Shown here piece by piece: positions 7,274 to 16,549 of a DNA stretch of 62,153 nucleotides. The stretch comes from an uncultured Gammaproteobacteria bacterium (GTDB taxonomy: Bacteria > Patescibacteriota > Microgenomatia > CAYQLK01): contig CAYOLO010000003.1 in NCBI GenBank assembly GCA_964404855.1, forward strand, positions 1 to 62,153, given 5' to 3'. Made by a program: the position numbers and the translations under genes. Within the stretch, counting starts at the first letter, position 1, and every line of letters begins with the position of its first letter. The notes under the pieces were generated by a model. It was not told the DNA's origin. It worked only from the letters and a program-made list of their open reading frames with translations, and made no database searches.

Positions 7274-7881
7274 TTAATGAGTCCGACAATACACATTGTC
7301 ATAAAGACTGCGTAAAGTGCGGCGGTTAACGATAGGCCTCTGGAAAAATATAAGTAGATATAGAGAACATCGGCCGTAATCCAGAAGTACCAGTTTTGAA
7401 TGTATTTTTTGGTTAGCAAGAATTGTGCAGCTAAGCTAAGAACAGTTGTGACAGCATCGAGAAATGGTGCCGAGTCATTGACTCTTATTAATATTTGAGT
7501 CAGAACAGCTGTTGCAATTACACAAATAGCGATTAACCAAATCATGGTTTGTTTAGGAGTATTGGCGACTTTTAATTTTGTTTTATTTTTGCCGCCTTTT
7601 AGCCACCAGTACCAACCTAAAAGCCCAAGAACAATATAAACGACTTGGAGTGCGGTGTCTGCAAAAAGTCTGGCTTGAAGAAATAGAACAATAAAAAATA
7701 TGTTATTCAAAATTCCAATTGGCCAATTCCAAATATTTTCTTTAACCACTAGCCATACACATATTCCACCTGTAATAAAACCTGCTACCTCAGTAAGCGA
7801 AAATGGCAGAATCGAGAAATAAGATAAACCAAAAAGGCTTGCACTAATAATTGTGGCTAAGAATATTTCTGTTTTTTTCAT
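7252..7881 (-). CDS. pnuC: Nicotinamide riboside transporter PnuC
   Basis: Multi-TM; ENIWNWPIGI, PFLDAVTT, AQFLLTKKYIQNWYFW. Confidence 0.93.
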   Translation of the reverse strand: MKKTEIFLATIISASLFGLSYFSILPFSLTEVAGFITGGICVWLVVKENIWNWPIGILNNIFFIVLFLQARLFADTALQVVYIVLGLLGWYWWLKGGKNKTKLKVANTPKQTMIWLIAICVIATAVLTQILIRVNDSAPFLDAVTTVLSLAAQFLLTKKYIQNWYFWITADVLYIYLYFSRGLSLTAALYAVFMTMCIVGLIKWQKSLK

Positions 7882-7930
7882 ATTTAATTATTGTTTTATA
7901 TACACTAACTAAATACATTTTACATAATAT

Positions 7931-7949
7931 TCGTGTAATGTCAACACTA
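7931..7949. promoter_or_regulatory. Putative NrtR operator upstream of pnuC
   Basis: GTGTAATGTCAACAC, same GTGTAAT..ACAC frame as 5519-5533; contains the -35 of minus-strand TTGACA-16-TAAAAT. Confidence 0.7.
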
Positions 7950-8009
7950 TGTATTGTTATTAGATTTGAATCTGATAGAATTTGCACCTCGTCTTCAATC
8001 ATAAGGAGT

Positions 8010-8216
8010 TTAACCTGCAATGAAGATTTTGTACTGGATTTCGAAAACTTTTCGGAGCAAGCCAATCAAGTGCGATAAGCGCTCCAAGTTTTCGCAAGAA
8101 GTTGAAATGGCGGCAGCAAACCGCCTCAAATCCGGAGGACAACACATTGCCTCACGCCCTCGAAGTGAGTCTGAATAAGTCTCCTCAAAGCGATCCAAAG
8201 CCGTATCAGTTAACAC
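8010..8216 (-). CDS. Orphan hypothetical protein
   Basis: 68-aa ORF, GC-richer, divergent from 8322. Confidence 0.4.
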   Translation of the reverse strand: MLTDTALDRFEETYSDSLRGREAMCCPPDLRRFAAAISTSCENLERLSHLIGLLRKVFEIQYKIFIAG

Positions 8217-8321
8217 TGGTACGGCTTTTTACTATTTAAGCCCTATAGTTTATAATTTGCACTAATCGGAGCGATCCGAAACCATTGCACTTTTATAGAG
8301 CAGAAAGGTAACCAACAACCG

Positions 8322-8846
8322 ATGTGGGTTTTCGACACAGTCCGCTCACTGGTTGACGTGATTATCATTTGCTTGATGATTGTGGTGCTATATAGTTTGG
8401 CTTTCGGGCACAACAAGCACTTCATTGTTTCTGCAAACCGACAAATCCGTCACGCCATAAATACGACCAAGCGCCGCGAGTTCGTCACAATTTTCGACGC
8501 AGACCCTGCATTTGAAGATGAAGAGTTTCGACGACAAACTCAGGCTCGCGTTGACCAAAAGCTGAATGTTGTAGCTAGCTTAGTCAGTGAATACGACGAA
8601 AGGATCAGAAACTTCAAAGCTGATCTGACTAAAGGCTTTACTGACCACGACAGCCAGTTGCAGCTTACCAACCTGATTAACAACGCCAATAGCCATCGGC
8701 GCGCTTTTTGGAACGCACACGAGGTGGCCAAAAGCTGCGGGTACACTGTTCGTCCTTCAATTTTCGATTATGTCTTACAGGCAGAAATCGAATCTGACTC
8801 TGATGAGGGTCCAAACAATATCCTGACACTTGAAAGGGACAGGTAG
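8322..8846 (+). CDS. Orphan membrane-anchored coiled-coil protein
   Basis: N-terminal TM; AGAAAGG SD; TATAAT at 8251. Confidence 0.7.
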   Translation: MWVFDTVRSLVDVIIICLMIVVLYSLAFGHNKHFIVSANRQIRHAINTTKRREFVTIFDADPAFEDEEFRRQTQARVDQKLNVVASLVSEYDERIRNFKADLTKGFTDHDSQLQLTNLINNANSHRRAFWNAHEVAKSCGYTVRPSIFDYVLQAEIESDSDEGPNNILTLERDR

Positions 8847-8859
8847 AGAATTAAACCCA

Positions 8860-9432
8860 ATGACACTTGCGGCCAAAATTTTTATCGTCAGTGGACCAAG
8901 CGGCTGCGGCAAAACCACACTCGCTAAGTTCATTACCGACACGGTCCCGAATTGTGTTTTCTCCAAGTCGATGACAACGAGACCGATTCGGGATGGCGAA
9001 ATCGATGACAACTACGACCATGTTGGTCCGGACGAGTTCCGCAGACTGATTAACGAAGACTACTTCTTGGAATACGAGGAGGTCTATCGCGACAGATACT
9101 ACGGAACACCCCGAAGACCGATTGAGGAAGCACTTAATTACGGCAGAAATGTCGTGATGGAAATTGATGTGCTTGGCGCCGCCCGAGTCAAACAAGTGTA
9201 CCCCGAGCAATCGACATCAATCTTCGTTTATCCCCCGTCGCTTGAAGTCTTGAAAAACAGATTGACAAGAAGAGGGAAAATGAGCGAAGCCGATATCCAA
9301 GAACGGCTTAGTCGAGCCGTCATGGAAATGCTTGCCTCAAGTGACTATGACTACGTCGTCGTTAACGATGATTTGGTCAAAGCCTTAGCTGAGGTAACAC
9401 AAATCATCAACAATCATGTTCCGCACACCTAA
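8860..9432 (+). CDS. gmk: Guanylate kinase
   Basis: SGPSGCGKTT, SMTTRPIRDGE, LEYEEVY..RYYGT, EIDVLGA; ATG 8860 preferred start. Confidence 0.95.
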   Translation: MTLAAKIFIVSGPSGCGKTTLAKFITDTVPNCVFSKSMTTRPIRDGEIDDNYDHVGPDEFRRLINEDYFLEYEEVYRDRYYGTPRRPIEEALNYGRNVVMEIDVLGAARVKQVYPEQSTSIFVYPPSLEVLKNRLTRRGKMSEADIQERLSRAVMEMLASSDYDYVVVNDDLVKALAEVTQIINNHVPHT

Positions 9433-9437
9433 AAGGA

Positions 9438-9656
9438 GTGAAAGTCGTGCTGGATGAGTTGATCTGGTTTGCCATTGGAGGCGTTGCCTTGGTGGTGGGT
9501 TTAGGACTAGGTGCTGCCTACCTGCTCACCATGAGCGGAGTCCTTTCGCTCGAGAGCCAAGTCCTAGCACCAGTCAAATGGCTGGTGGATGTTACCTACC
9601 GTTTTGACGGGTGGCTTGAAAAAATCACGTTCGGCCACAAGTCTGACGATGCCTAA
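9438..9656 (+). CDS. Small membrane protein
   Basis: AAAGGA before GTG; one TM; terminator follows. Confidence 0.6.
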   Translation: MKVVLDELIWFAIGGVALVVGLGLGAAYLLTMSGVLSLESQVLAPVKWLVDVTYRFDGWLEKITFGHKSDDA

Positions 9657-9667
9657 GCCTCGACCAT

Positions 9668-9705
9668 AGCCGGCCGTAAGATTAACCTCTTGCGACCGGC
9701 TTTTT
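9668..9705 (+). terminator. Rho-independent terminator
   Basis: AGCCGG-CGTAAG/CTTGCG-CCGGCT plus T-run. Confidence 0.7.
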
Positions 9706-10074
9706 AGCAGTTAAAACAGTATTGTGATAATTTTTTGAGACTTGAATTATTAAATTTATAATTTAAATAGCCTTAGTTATTCTAAATTACAGTCGATACA
9801 CAAGATATTGGAGTTTGTTGTTTTTGTGAACACAATTTTTGTATCTGTGTATGGATACAGCCGATAATCGTAATAATTAATATTAATACTTAAGCAAAGG
9901 TTGGACTTGGAAGTGAGCGCGAATTATTTTACTCAAGCTAATTTGCCGACTTAAAATAAAGTTAGTATAAAATTCAATTATCTAAAAGGTTGAATTATAA
10001 ATTGACTTATAGTGTGAAAAGTGGTAAATATAGACCAGATTTATAAATCCCCTGCCTAAAGAAAAATATATTAA

Positions 10075-10695
10075 ATGAAAAACAAATTTTTGGTTAGAAG
10101 TGGTGCGATTAATTTGCCAGTTCTCATTGGTGGTGTAGTTGCAATAGCTGTTGTAGTTTTATTGTCAGCACTAATAATTAATGCGTTAACTAAAGATAAG
10201 CCAAAAGATGAAGAGATTGCCGAAGGTCCAATTCCTTCAGCAACCATAACCCCTGTTACGACAGTTACTCCAACTCCAGCTAAGTCAGTACAAGGCGTAA
10301 ACACACAAGGAACCACAACTCAAACGACTCAGCAAGTAGCTCCAAAACAAACTGTTCAAACACAGCCTCAAACAACTGTTAGAACAACTACAACCGAGGA
10401 AGTAATTGTTAAGCTTAACCCGAGATGCACCAAAATGAGAGCAAGATGGAATCCTGAAGATCCATATCAAGTTTCATTCACAACTGAAGGATCAGCTGAT
10501 GGAGCATCGATTGTTAACTACCAATGGGATTTTGACGGTAACGGAAGCTGGGACAGCGAAGAAGGTCGAGTTGAAAACAGTATCGGCTACCGATATTCAG
10601 AAAAGAAAGTTTATACAGTCAAAAGCCGAGTTAGAGATTCTCAAGGCCGCTGGTCCGAATCCTGCGAAATCGGAATTGACCTAAACTCCAACTAA
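10075..10695 (+). CDS. Membrane-anchored PKD-domain protein
   Basis: N-terminal TM, Thr/Pro/Gln linker, YQWDFDGNGSWD and YTVKSRVRD PKD motifs. Confidence 0.8.
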   Translation: MKNKFLVRSGAINLPVLIGGVVAIAVVVLLSALIINALTKDKPKDEEIAEGPIPSATITPVTTVTPTPAKSVQGVNTQGTTTQTTQQVAPKQTVQTQPQTTVRTTTTEEVIVKLNPRCTKMRARWNPEDPYQVSFTTEGSADGASIVNYQWDFDGNGSWDSEEGRVENSIGYRYSEKKVYTVKSRVRDSQGRWSESCEIGIDLNSN

Positions 10696-11054
10696 ACAGA
10701 AATAGCCTTGTAGTGTTCGATGGTTTCGAAACCGCGTGCTTTATCGAAGCAGACGGCATCGAAGCGCATGGTGATGAATTTCCCTACTGTATTTTGATAA
10801 ACGAGAGCTGATTTGTGGATTTTTTCCATTTTTTTGTGATTGATTTTGTCGACAGCCGAGCCAAAGACTGAAGTTTGGGAGGATTTCACCTCGACAAAAA
10901 CATATTCGCCTGTTTTGTGATCTGACATTATCAGGTCAATCTCACCATAAGGTGTTAGATAGTTGCGCTCAATTAACTCATACCCTAGGTCCTCTAAGTA
11001 TTTAAGAGCTTTGTCTTCGAATGTGTTACCGATTTGGCGTTTAGCTGAAAACAT
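10692..11054 (-). CDS. yraN: YraN family endonuclease-like protein
   Basis: GNTFEDKALKYL..GYELIERNY...GEIDLI...FVEVK...RFDAV. Confidence 0.9.
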   Translation of the reverse strand: MFSAKRQIGNTFEDKALKYLEDLGYELIERNYLTPYGEIDLIMSDHKTGEYVFVEVKSSQTSVFGSAVDKINHKKMEKIHKSALVYQNTVGKFITMRFDAVCFDKARGFETIEHYKAISV

Positions 11055-11661
11055 TGTGTTTGGTTAAGAATGATAAACGATGTAGGGCACAAGGTCCAAA
11101 TTCTTGTAGTTTTTCTCTGTGATATTTGGTTCCGTATCCTTTGTGTTGTTCAAAGCCATAACTAGGATAAGTTTTAGCAAGGTTAATCATTAAATTATCT
11201 CGATATACTTTGGCGATAATTGAAGCTGCAGCAACTGAAGCTGACAACGTATCCCCTTTTATCACAGCTTCTTGTTTTATGGGTATGCTATTTCTCAAGG
11301 GTCTACCGTCGAGAACTATGCCATCTATGGGTTGAGTTAACCTGCGAATAGCTTTGTCAAAAGCGTATTCAAGACTTTTGGTGATACCGACAGTATCAAT
11401 TAAAACGTTTTCAATTCTGACAACTGAATATTCAATAGCGTTAACTTTAAAAAATTTAGCGACTTCAGTTCGGTATGGTTCTTTAAGCGCTTTGGAATCA
11501 CCAAATGGTACTGGTAGGGTGAGGTTTGAAGGAAGAATAACAGCAGCAACAACTAATGGACCCGCAAAACAACCACGACCAACCTCATCAAAACCGGCGA
11601 TTAATTTGGCTTTAGGAAAGAGATTATTATCAAACTCTTGGCTGGGAGGAACCAGCGACAT
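11041..11661 (-). CDS. rnhB: Ribonuclease HII
   Basis: GFDEVGRGCFAGP, DSK, IKGD, SIIAKVYRD, HKGYGT, HRLSF. Confidence 0.96.
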   Translation of the reverse strand: MSLVPPSQEFDNNLFPKAKLIAGFDEVGRGCFAGPLVVAAVILPSNLTLPVPFGDSKALKEPYRTEVAKFFKVNAIEYSVVRIENVLIDTVGITKSLEYAFDKAIRRLTQPIDGIVLDGRPLRNSIPIKQEAVIKGDTLSASVAAASIIAKVYRDNLMINLAKTYPSYGFEQHKGYGTKYHREKLQEFGPCALHRLSFLTKHNVFS

Positions 11662-11672
11662 AAGTTGTTTAC

Positions 11673-11978
11673 TTAGATGGTTTTTGCGGCCGAACCTTTT
11701 AGTTTGCGCATATAAAATAACTTTGCGCGACGAATTGGTTTGGATGGAGATTTGACGACTTCGACTTTAGCGATTGATGGTGAATTAACTGGCCAAATAC
11801 GTTCAACGGCAACATCACCAACGGCAATCTTGCGAACCATGAAAGTTTGACTGTCTTTTTGACCACGAATTGACAAAACTATGCCCTGAAAAATCTGGAC
11901 ACGTTCCTTGTTTCCTTCTTTAATTTTGACGTGGACTTTGACTGTATCGCCCACTGAAAAATTTTCTGTTCTTATCAT
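11673..11978 (-). CDS. rplS: 50S ribosomal protein L19
   Basis: FSVGDTVKVH, RVQIFQGIV, VERIWP, RRAKLFYMR; ATG 11978 preferred start. Confidence 0.96.
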   Translation of the reverse strand: MIRTENFSVGDTVKVHVKIKEGNKERVQIFQGIVLSIRGQKDSQTFMVRKIAVGDVAVERIWPVNSPSIAKVEVVKSPSKPIRRAKLFYMRKLKGSAAKTI

Positions 11979-11991
11979 TTTTTTTTGCGGG

Positions 11992-14900
11992 CTAGATATT
12001 AACACTTAAGGCTTCGACTTTGCAACCAAGAAGCGAAAGATCACTTATAAGATTATCACTCAGTTCGGCGCCAAATGGAACAGGCACATTGCGGGTTTGC
12101 CCGTCTGTACCTTCGAGAAGAAGATAAGTTTGTTTTTGGCCTGGGAACTTTTTGAGAATTTCGTAGATTGAATGGAGGGTCTGGCGTGAGGCCATTTTGG
12201 GAATAATAATACCAATTCCCTCTGGAGTTGAAGGTGAGTGAGGAATATGACTACTAGCTGAAGCCATCACATTCGTCGGTGTGACATCAGGTAGAATCGA
12301 CAAATCTGTAATTATTTCAGCCAAAATTGCGCTTTCTTCTTCACGCGAGTCTAGTTTGCCTTCAAGAATTACAATTGCGTCTTCGTTGAGTACACTCTTA
12401 AATTGTGAGAATGTTTTTGGAAAAACGACAATATCCATCGTACCCGTCTCGTCCTCGATTTTGATAAAAGCCATTTCTTCACCCTTGGCCTTGGTAAAAG
12501 TTCGTCTCATGCTGGAAATAATTCCTCCAATTTTGACTTTGGAACCCGGCTGGTAGTCTTCTTTGAGGTTGATGATTTTGTGTGTGGCGTAGTGGTTAAG
12601 TTTTGTTTGCGAACCTGAAATAGGATGACGCGTGAGATAAAGACCCAAAAATTCTTTTTCCCAAGCCAAAAGTTCTTTTTCACCAGCTTCTTTGCCGTTT
12701 TTGAGACTTTCGGTAAGCGGAGAGTCATCAAGTGAAGGGTTTTTGATTTCTAGATCAGCTTCTTCAAACAGCATGCCCTGTCCTTCAGAAACTTTTTGAC
12801 TTAAAGACTGCCCTGTCGCTCTTAGGGCATCAATAATATCCAGCATTGCTTGACGTTTACCAAAAAGATCCATGGCTCCAGCTTTGATAAGGCTTTCGAA
12901 GGTTTTTTTGTTGACGGTTCTAAGATTAACTCGGCGACAAAAGTCATTAAGAGAGCTAAAGTCTGATTCTTCTCTGGCTTCCAATATGGAGTGAATTGCA
13001 GCTTCGCCAACATTTTTGATTGCTGATAAACCAAATCTAATCGCCCTTTTGTCTTTTTCGTCGGTTTCAATTGTAAAACCAATATCAGAACGATTGATAT
13101 CTGGACTGAGAACTTCGATACCAAGACGCTCACACTCAGCGACGGCTTGAGCGATTTTTTCAGTGTCGCCTGATTCGGCAGTCATAACAGCACACATAAA
13201 TTCGACCGTAAAGTTGGCTTTCATATAAGCTGTTTGATAAGCAACAACGGCGTATGAAGCAGCGTGGGCTTTGTTAAAACCATAGCCTGTAAACGGTTCA
13301 ATTAGAGCAAAAAGTGCCTTAGCGCGAGCTTCGGACAAACCATGTTCAATTGCACCATTAATAAACTTGTCTTTTTGTTTAGCCATTTCTTCAGGAATTT
13401 TTTTACCAATGGCTTTTCGGAATTTGTCGACCTCTTCCCAGTTGTAACCTGCGATGTTAATGGCAGTTAACAAAACATCATCTTGATAAGTAATAACTCC
13501 ATAGCTTTCTTTGAGGAATTCCTCCATGCGGGGATCAAAATATTTGATTTTAGTCGCATCATGTTTACGTTCAATAAATTCTGGAATAGAAGCCATAGGA
13601 CCCGGCCTAAAAAGCGAAATCATAGCCATAATATCGAAAATGTTCGTCGGCTTAAGCTCTTTTAAGTATCTTGTCATTCCTGAGCCGCCGAGCTGAAATA
13701 ATCCCATAGTCTCGCCTCTAGCCATCATCTCATAGGCCTTAACATCATCGAATGGTAATTTTTCTAGTTCGATTTTTATACCTTTTTCGCGTTCAACAAT
13801 TTCGACGGCGTTACCCAAAATAGATAAGTTTCTTATACCCAAGAAATCCATTTTGACAAGGCCGGCATCTTCAACTCCATGCATATCATATTGTGTAGAA
13901 ATTACTTCACCCTTACTCTCTTTGAGAAGCGGAGTGAAGTTAGTCACTGGACCTGGAGCAATGACAACGCCAGCAGCGTGAACACTGGTGTGTCTAGCAA
14001 GACCTTCGATTTGCATGGCTGTATCAAGTAGTTCTTTGGTTTCGGTATCAGTTTTGTATAGTTCACCAAGTTCTGGGGTAACTTCAATGGCTTTTTTGAT
14101 TGTCATCGGAAAGCCTTGTTTGCCAAGGGGTATTAGTTTGGAAATACGGTCAGCTTTGGAATATGGCCAACCAAGGGCACGCGCAACGTCACGGACAGCA
14201 CCTTTGGCCATCATTGTTCCTAGTGTGCCAATTTGAGCGACTTTTTCTGCACCGTATTTTTCTTTGACGTAATTAATAACATCGTCGCGGCGCGAGTCAG
14301 CAATATCGACATCAATATCAGGTAGAGACGGCCTGAACGGATTAAGAAATCTTTCAAACGGCAATTTGAAAAAGAGTGGGTTAACGGTGGTTATTCCTAG
14401 GCCGTAAGAGACTAGCGAGCCTGCCGCAGAACCACGAGTAGTTGAAACGATGCCTTGTTTTTTGGCAGCTCTAATAAAGTCAGCCACGACTAAAAAGTAG
14501 GTAGAATAACCTTTGTCGATAATGACTTTGAGCTCGTACTCAAATCTTTCCATGACTTTTTCGTCGACGGGGCTGATTTTTTCCTTGATACCTTTTAGTG
14601 ATTCTTCTCTTAAAAACACCTCAGGTTTTTCGCCACCTGGGACTTCAAATAATGGGAAGTGATACTGACCGAGGGGAATTTCGATATTTATTTTGTTTGC
14701 AATTTTGACGGAGTTTTCTAAAAATTCTGGGTTATCGGGAAATAATGACGCCATTTCTTCGCCTGACTTGAGGTAATAGACAGGCGCATCGACCATACGC
14801 AGACGATTGACTTCGTTGACTGTTTTGCCTGTTTGAATACAGACCAAAACGTCCTGAGCAAAAGCATCAGTTGGCTCAATGTAGTGCAAATCACCCGTAG

Positions 14901-15582
14901 CCACTGCTGGAATGTCGAGTTCTTTGGATAGTTTGGTCAGACCTTCGAAAGCTTTTTTTGTGTTTTGCGACAAGCGAAGCAGATCGTTATAGATATCGCT
15001 ACCAACAGCATGAGCGGGCAGATATTTATCAAATTCATGATTGTAAACTTCGATATAAAAATTATCTTTTGGAAAAATATCTTGATACTCTAGTAGTGCC
15101 TTTTTAGCTTTGTCGTACTGCCCATCGATTAAATACCGACCTGCTTCAGACGACATACAACCACTAAGCCCAATCAGGCCTTTGGAATATTTTTTGAGGA
15201 GTGCTTTGTCGACACGTGGGCGGTAATAAAATCCGTTAATTGAAGCTTCTGATAAGAGCTTCATTAGATTTTGGTAACCTTCAAAATCCTGAGCAAGCAG
15301 CGTTAAATGGTCAGTTTCGTTACCATTATCAAAGTTTTTTTGAGTGTAGTCTTTACGAGCAACATATATTTCTGCACCAATTATGGGCTTAACTTCTTTT
15401 TCAACACAGGTTTTATAAAATTCGATTGCACCATGGAGATTGCCATGGTCTGTAATAGCTATGGCGTTTTGACCAAGAGTTTTGGCTTTTTCGACAAGCT
15501 GAGGAATACGACTTAATCCGTCGAGCAGGGAAAACTGCGTGTGAACATGTAAGTGGACAAAATCAGGCTTTGTAGACATCAA
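11992..15582 (-). CDS. dnaE: DNA polymerase III alpha subunit
   Basis: FVHLHVHTQFSLLDG PHP, RGSAAGS, PDIDVD, KMDFLG, GYGFNKAHA, OB fold; no intein seen. Confidence 0.98.
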   Translation of the reverse strand: MMSTKPDFVHLHVHTQFSLLDGLSRIPQLVEKAKTLGQNAIAITDHGNLHGAIEFYKTCVEKEVKPIIGAEIYVARKDYTQKNFDNGNETDHLTLLAQDFEGYQNLMKLLSEASINGFYYRPRVDKALLKKYSKGLIGLSGCMSSEAGRYLIDGQYDKAKKALLEYQDIFPKDNFYIEVYNHEFDKYLPAHAVGSDIYNDLLRLSQNTKKAFEGLTKLSKELDIPAVATGDLHYIEPTDAFAQDVLVCIQTGKTVNEVNRLRMVDAPVYYLKSGEEMASLFPDNPEFLENSVKIANKINIEIPLGQYHFPLFEVPGGEKPEVFLREESLKGIKEKISPVDEKVMERFEYELKVIIDKGYSTYFLVVADFIRAAKKQGIVSTTRGSAAGSLVSYGLGITTVNPLFFKLPFERFLNPFRPSLPDIDVDIADSRRDDVINYVKEKYGAEKVAQIGTLGTMMAKGAVRDVARALGWPYSKADRISKLIPLGKQGFPMTIKKAIEVTPELGELYKTDTETKELLDTAMQIEGLARHTSVHAAGVVIAPGPVTNFTPLLKESKGEVISTQYDMHGVEDAGLVKMDFLGIRNLSILGNAVEIVEREKGIKIELEKLPFDDVKAYEMMARGETMGLFQLGGSGMTRYLKELKPTNIFDIMAMISLFRPGPMASIPEFIERKHDATKIKYFDPRMEEFLKESYGVITYQDDVLLTAINIAGYNWEEVDKFRKAIGKKIPEEMAKQKDKFINGAIEHGLSEARAKALFALIEPFTGYGFNKAHAASYAVVAYQTAYMKANFTVEFMCAVMTAESGDTEKIAQAVAECERLGIEVLSPDINRSDIGFTIETDEKDKRAIRFGLSAIKNVGEAAIHSILEAREESDFSSLNDFCRRVNLRTVNKKTFESLIKAGAMDLFGKRQAMLDIIDALRATGQSLSQKVSEGQGMLFEEADLEIKNPSLDDSPLTESLKNGKEAGEKELLAWEKEFLGLYLTRHPISGSQTKLNHYATHKIINLKEDYQPGSKVKIGGIISSMRRTFTKAKGEEMAFIKIEDETGTMDIVVFPKTFSQFKSVLNEDAIVILEGKLDSREEESAILAEIITDLSILPDVTPTNVMASASSHIPHSPSTPEGIGIIIPKMASRQTLHSIYEILKKFPGQKQTYLLLEGTDGQTRNVPVPFGAELSDNLISDLSLLGCKVEALSVNI

Positions 15583-15651
15583 GGAATAATCTTATGGTCA
15601 AAGTATACCAAAGAAATGGTGATTAAAAACGATAATTACCCTTAAACAAAA

Positions 15652-16110
15652 CTACTTAACGCCGAGTAATTCGACATCGAAAATAAGGGTAGAGTTAGGT
15701 GGAATAGAGGCGCCTGCTCCGCGTTCACCGTAGGCCATATCGGAAGGAATTGTTAGTTTGCGCTTACCGCCAACTTTCATACCCGCAAAACCTTTGTCCC
15801 ATCCTTCGATAACTTCACCGGCACCGAGGTTAAATGTAAACGGTTCACCACGGTCAACTGAACTGTCGAACTTGGTTCCGTCAGTTAGCGTGCCTGTATA
15901 GTGTACTGTTACTTCTTTACCAGAAACGGCTTCTGCACCTGTACCAACGACTGTATCTTCAATTTTTAGTTCTTCCATATTATTTGTTTGAGCGCTGCTT
16001 GTAGATTGATTGTCTAAAGGGTTGGTAACCTGCGCCTGTTCAATACATCCTGTGAGGATAACTGACAAAGCTAAAACCGTAACTATTGTTCCAAATCTGT
16101 TTTTAGACAT
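15652..16110 (-). CDS. FKBP-type peptidyl-prolyl isomerase, lipoprotein
   Basis: LTGC lipobox; VHYTGTL.DG.KFDSS, VIEGWD, AYG..G...[13 protein letters not shown]. Confidence 0.95.
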   Translation of the reverse strand: MSKNRFGTIVTVLALSVILTGCIEQAQVTNPLDNQSTSSAQTNNMEELKIEDTVVGTGAEAVSGKEVTVHYTGTLTDGTKFDSSVDRGEPFTFNLGAGEVIEGWDKGFAGMKVGGKRKLTIPSDMAYGERGAGASIPPNSTLIFDVELLGVK

Positions 16111-16151
16111 ATCTAAAATTTAACACAAATTAACTTTTATGCAAAAGTTTC

Positions 16152-16190
16152 AAAAAAAATACCGAGCGACAGAAAAACTGCCACTCGGTA
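16152..16190 (-). terminator. Rho-independent terminator
   Basis: TACCGAG/CTCGGTA stem with A8 on plus strand. Confidence 0.7.
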
Positions 16191-16223
16191 AGACCACCTC
16201 AAGTTTGGATTGTGCAGACAATA

Positions 16224-16493
16224 TTAGTCTGCGTATTCGTCGAGCACCTTCTTGACGGCTTCGTCTTTTGCGGCTGCAGAGTCGCGAAGTTCATCGATGA
16301 TAGCCAAGCGAAACTGCTCAGGAGTCAGCCTGCCATCAGCAAGTGCTTCCTTAAGGTTCTCCATTCGAAGGTCGTAAGCACGAGACGCCTCCCGAATTGC
16401 TTCGCCTACCCGTGCCATTGAAGCAATTGGGTCCCATGGCAACTTGGCGCCTTGATTGCCATCTCCAACAGTCTGAGACAATCTGTCCTCCAA
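16224..16493 (-). CDS. Orphan helical protein
   Basis: 89-aa GC-richer ORF with own terminator; start uncertain. Confidence 0.6.
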   Translation of the reverse strand: MEDRLSQTVGDGNQGAKLPWDPIASMARVGEAIREASRAYDLRMENLKEALADGRLTPEQFRLAIIDELRDSAAAKDEAVKKVLDEYAD

Positions 16494-16549
16494 AAAATTG
16501 TTAACTTTGGTTTGGATATATTAACAAATCTTATAGTAATTAAAAAGAA

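Noticed and set aside
9706-10074. AT-rich intergenic region as oriC
   Set aside because: No clustered DnaA boxes and no dnaA/dnaN nearby.
11992-15582. Intein or intron in dnaE
   Set aside because: Normal length and continuous motifs; only a short PHP-region insertion.
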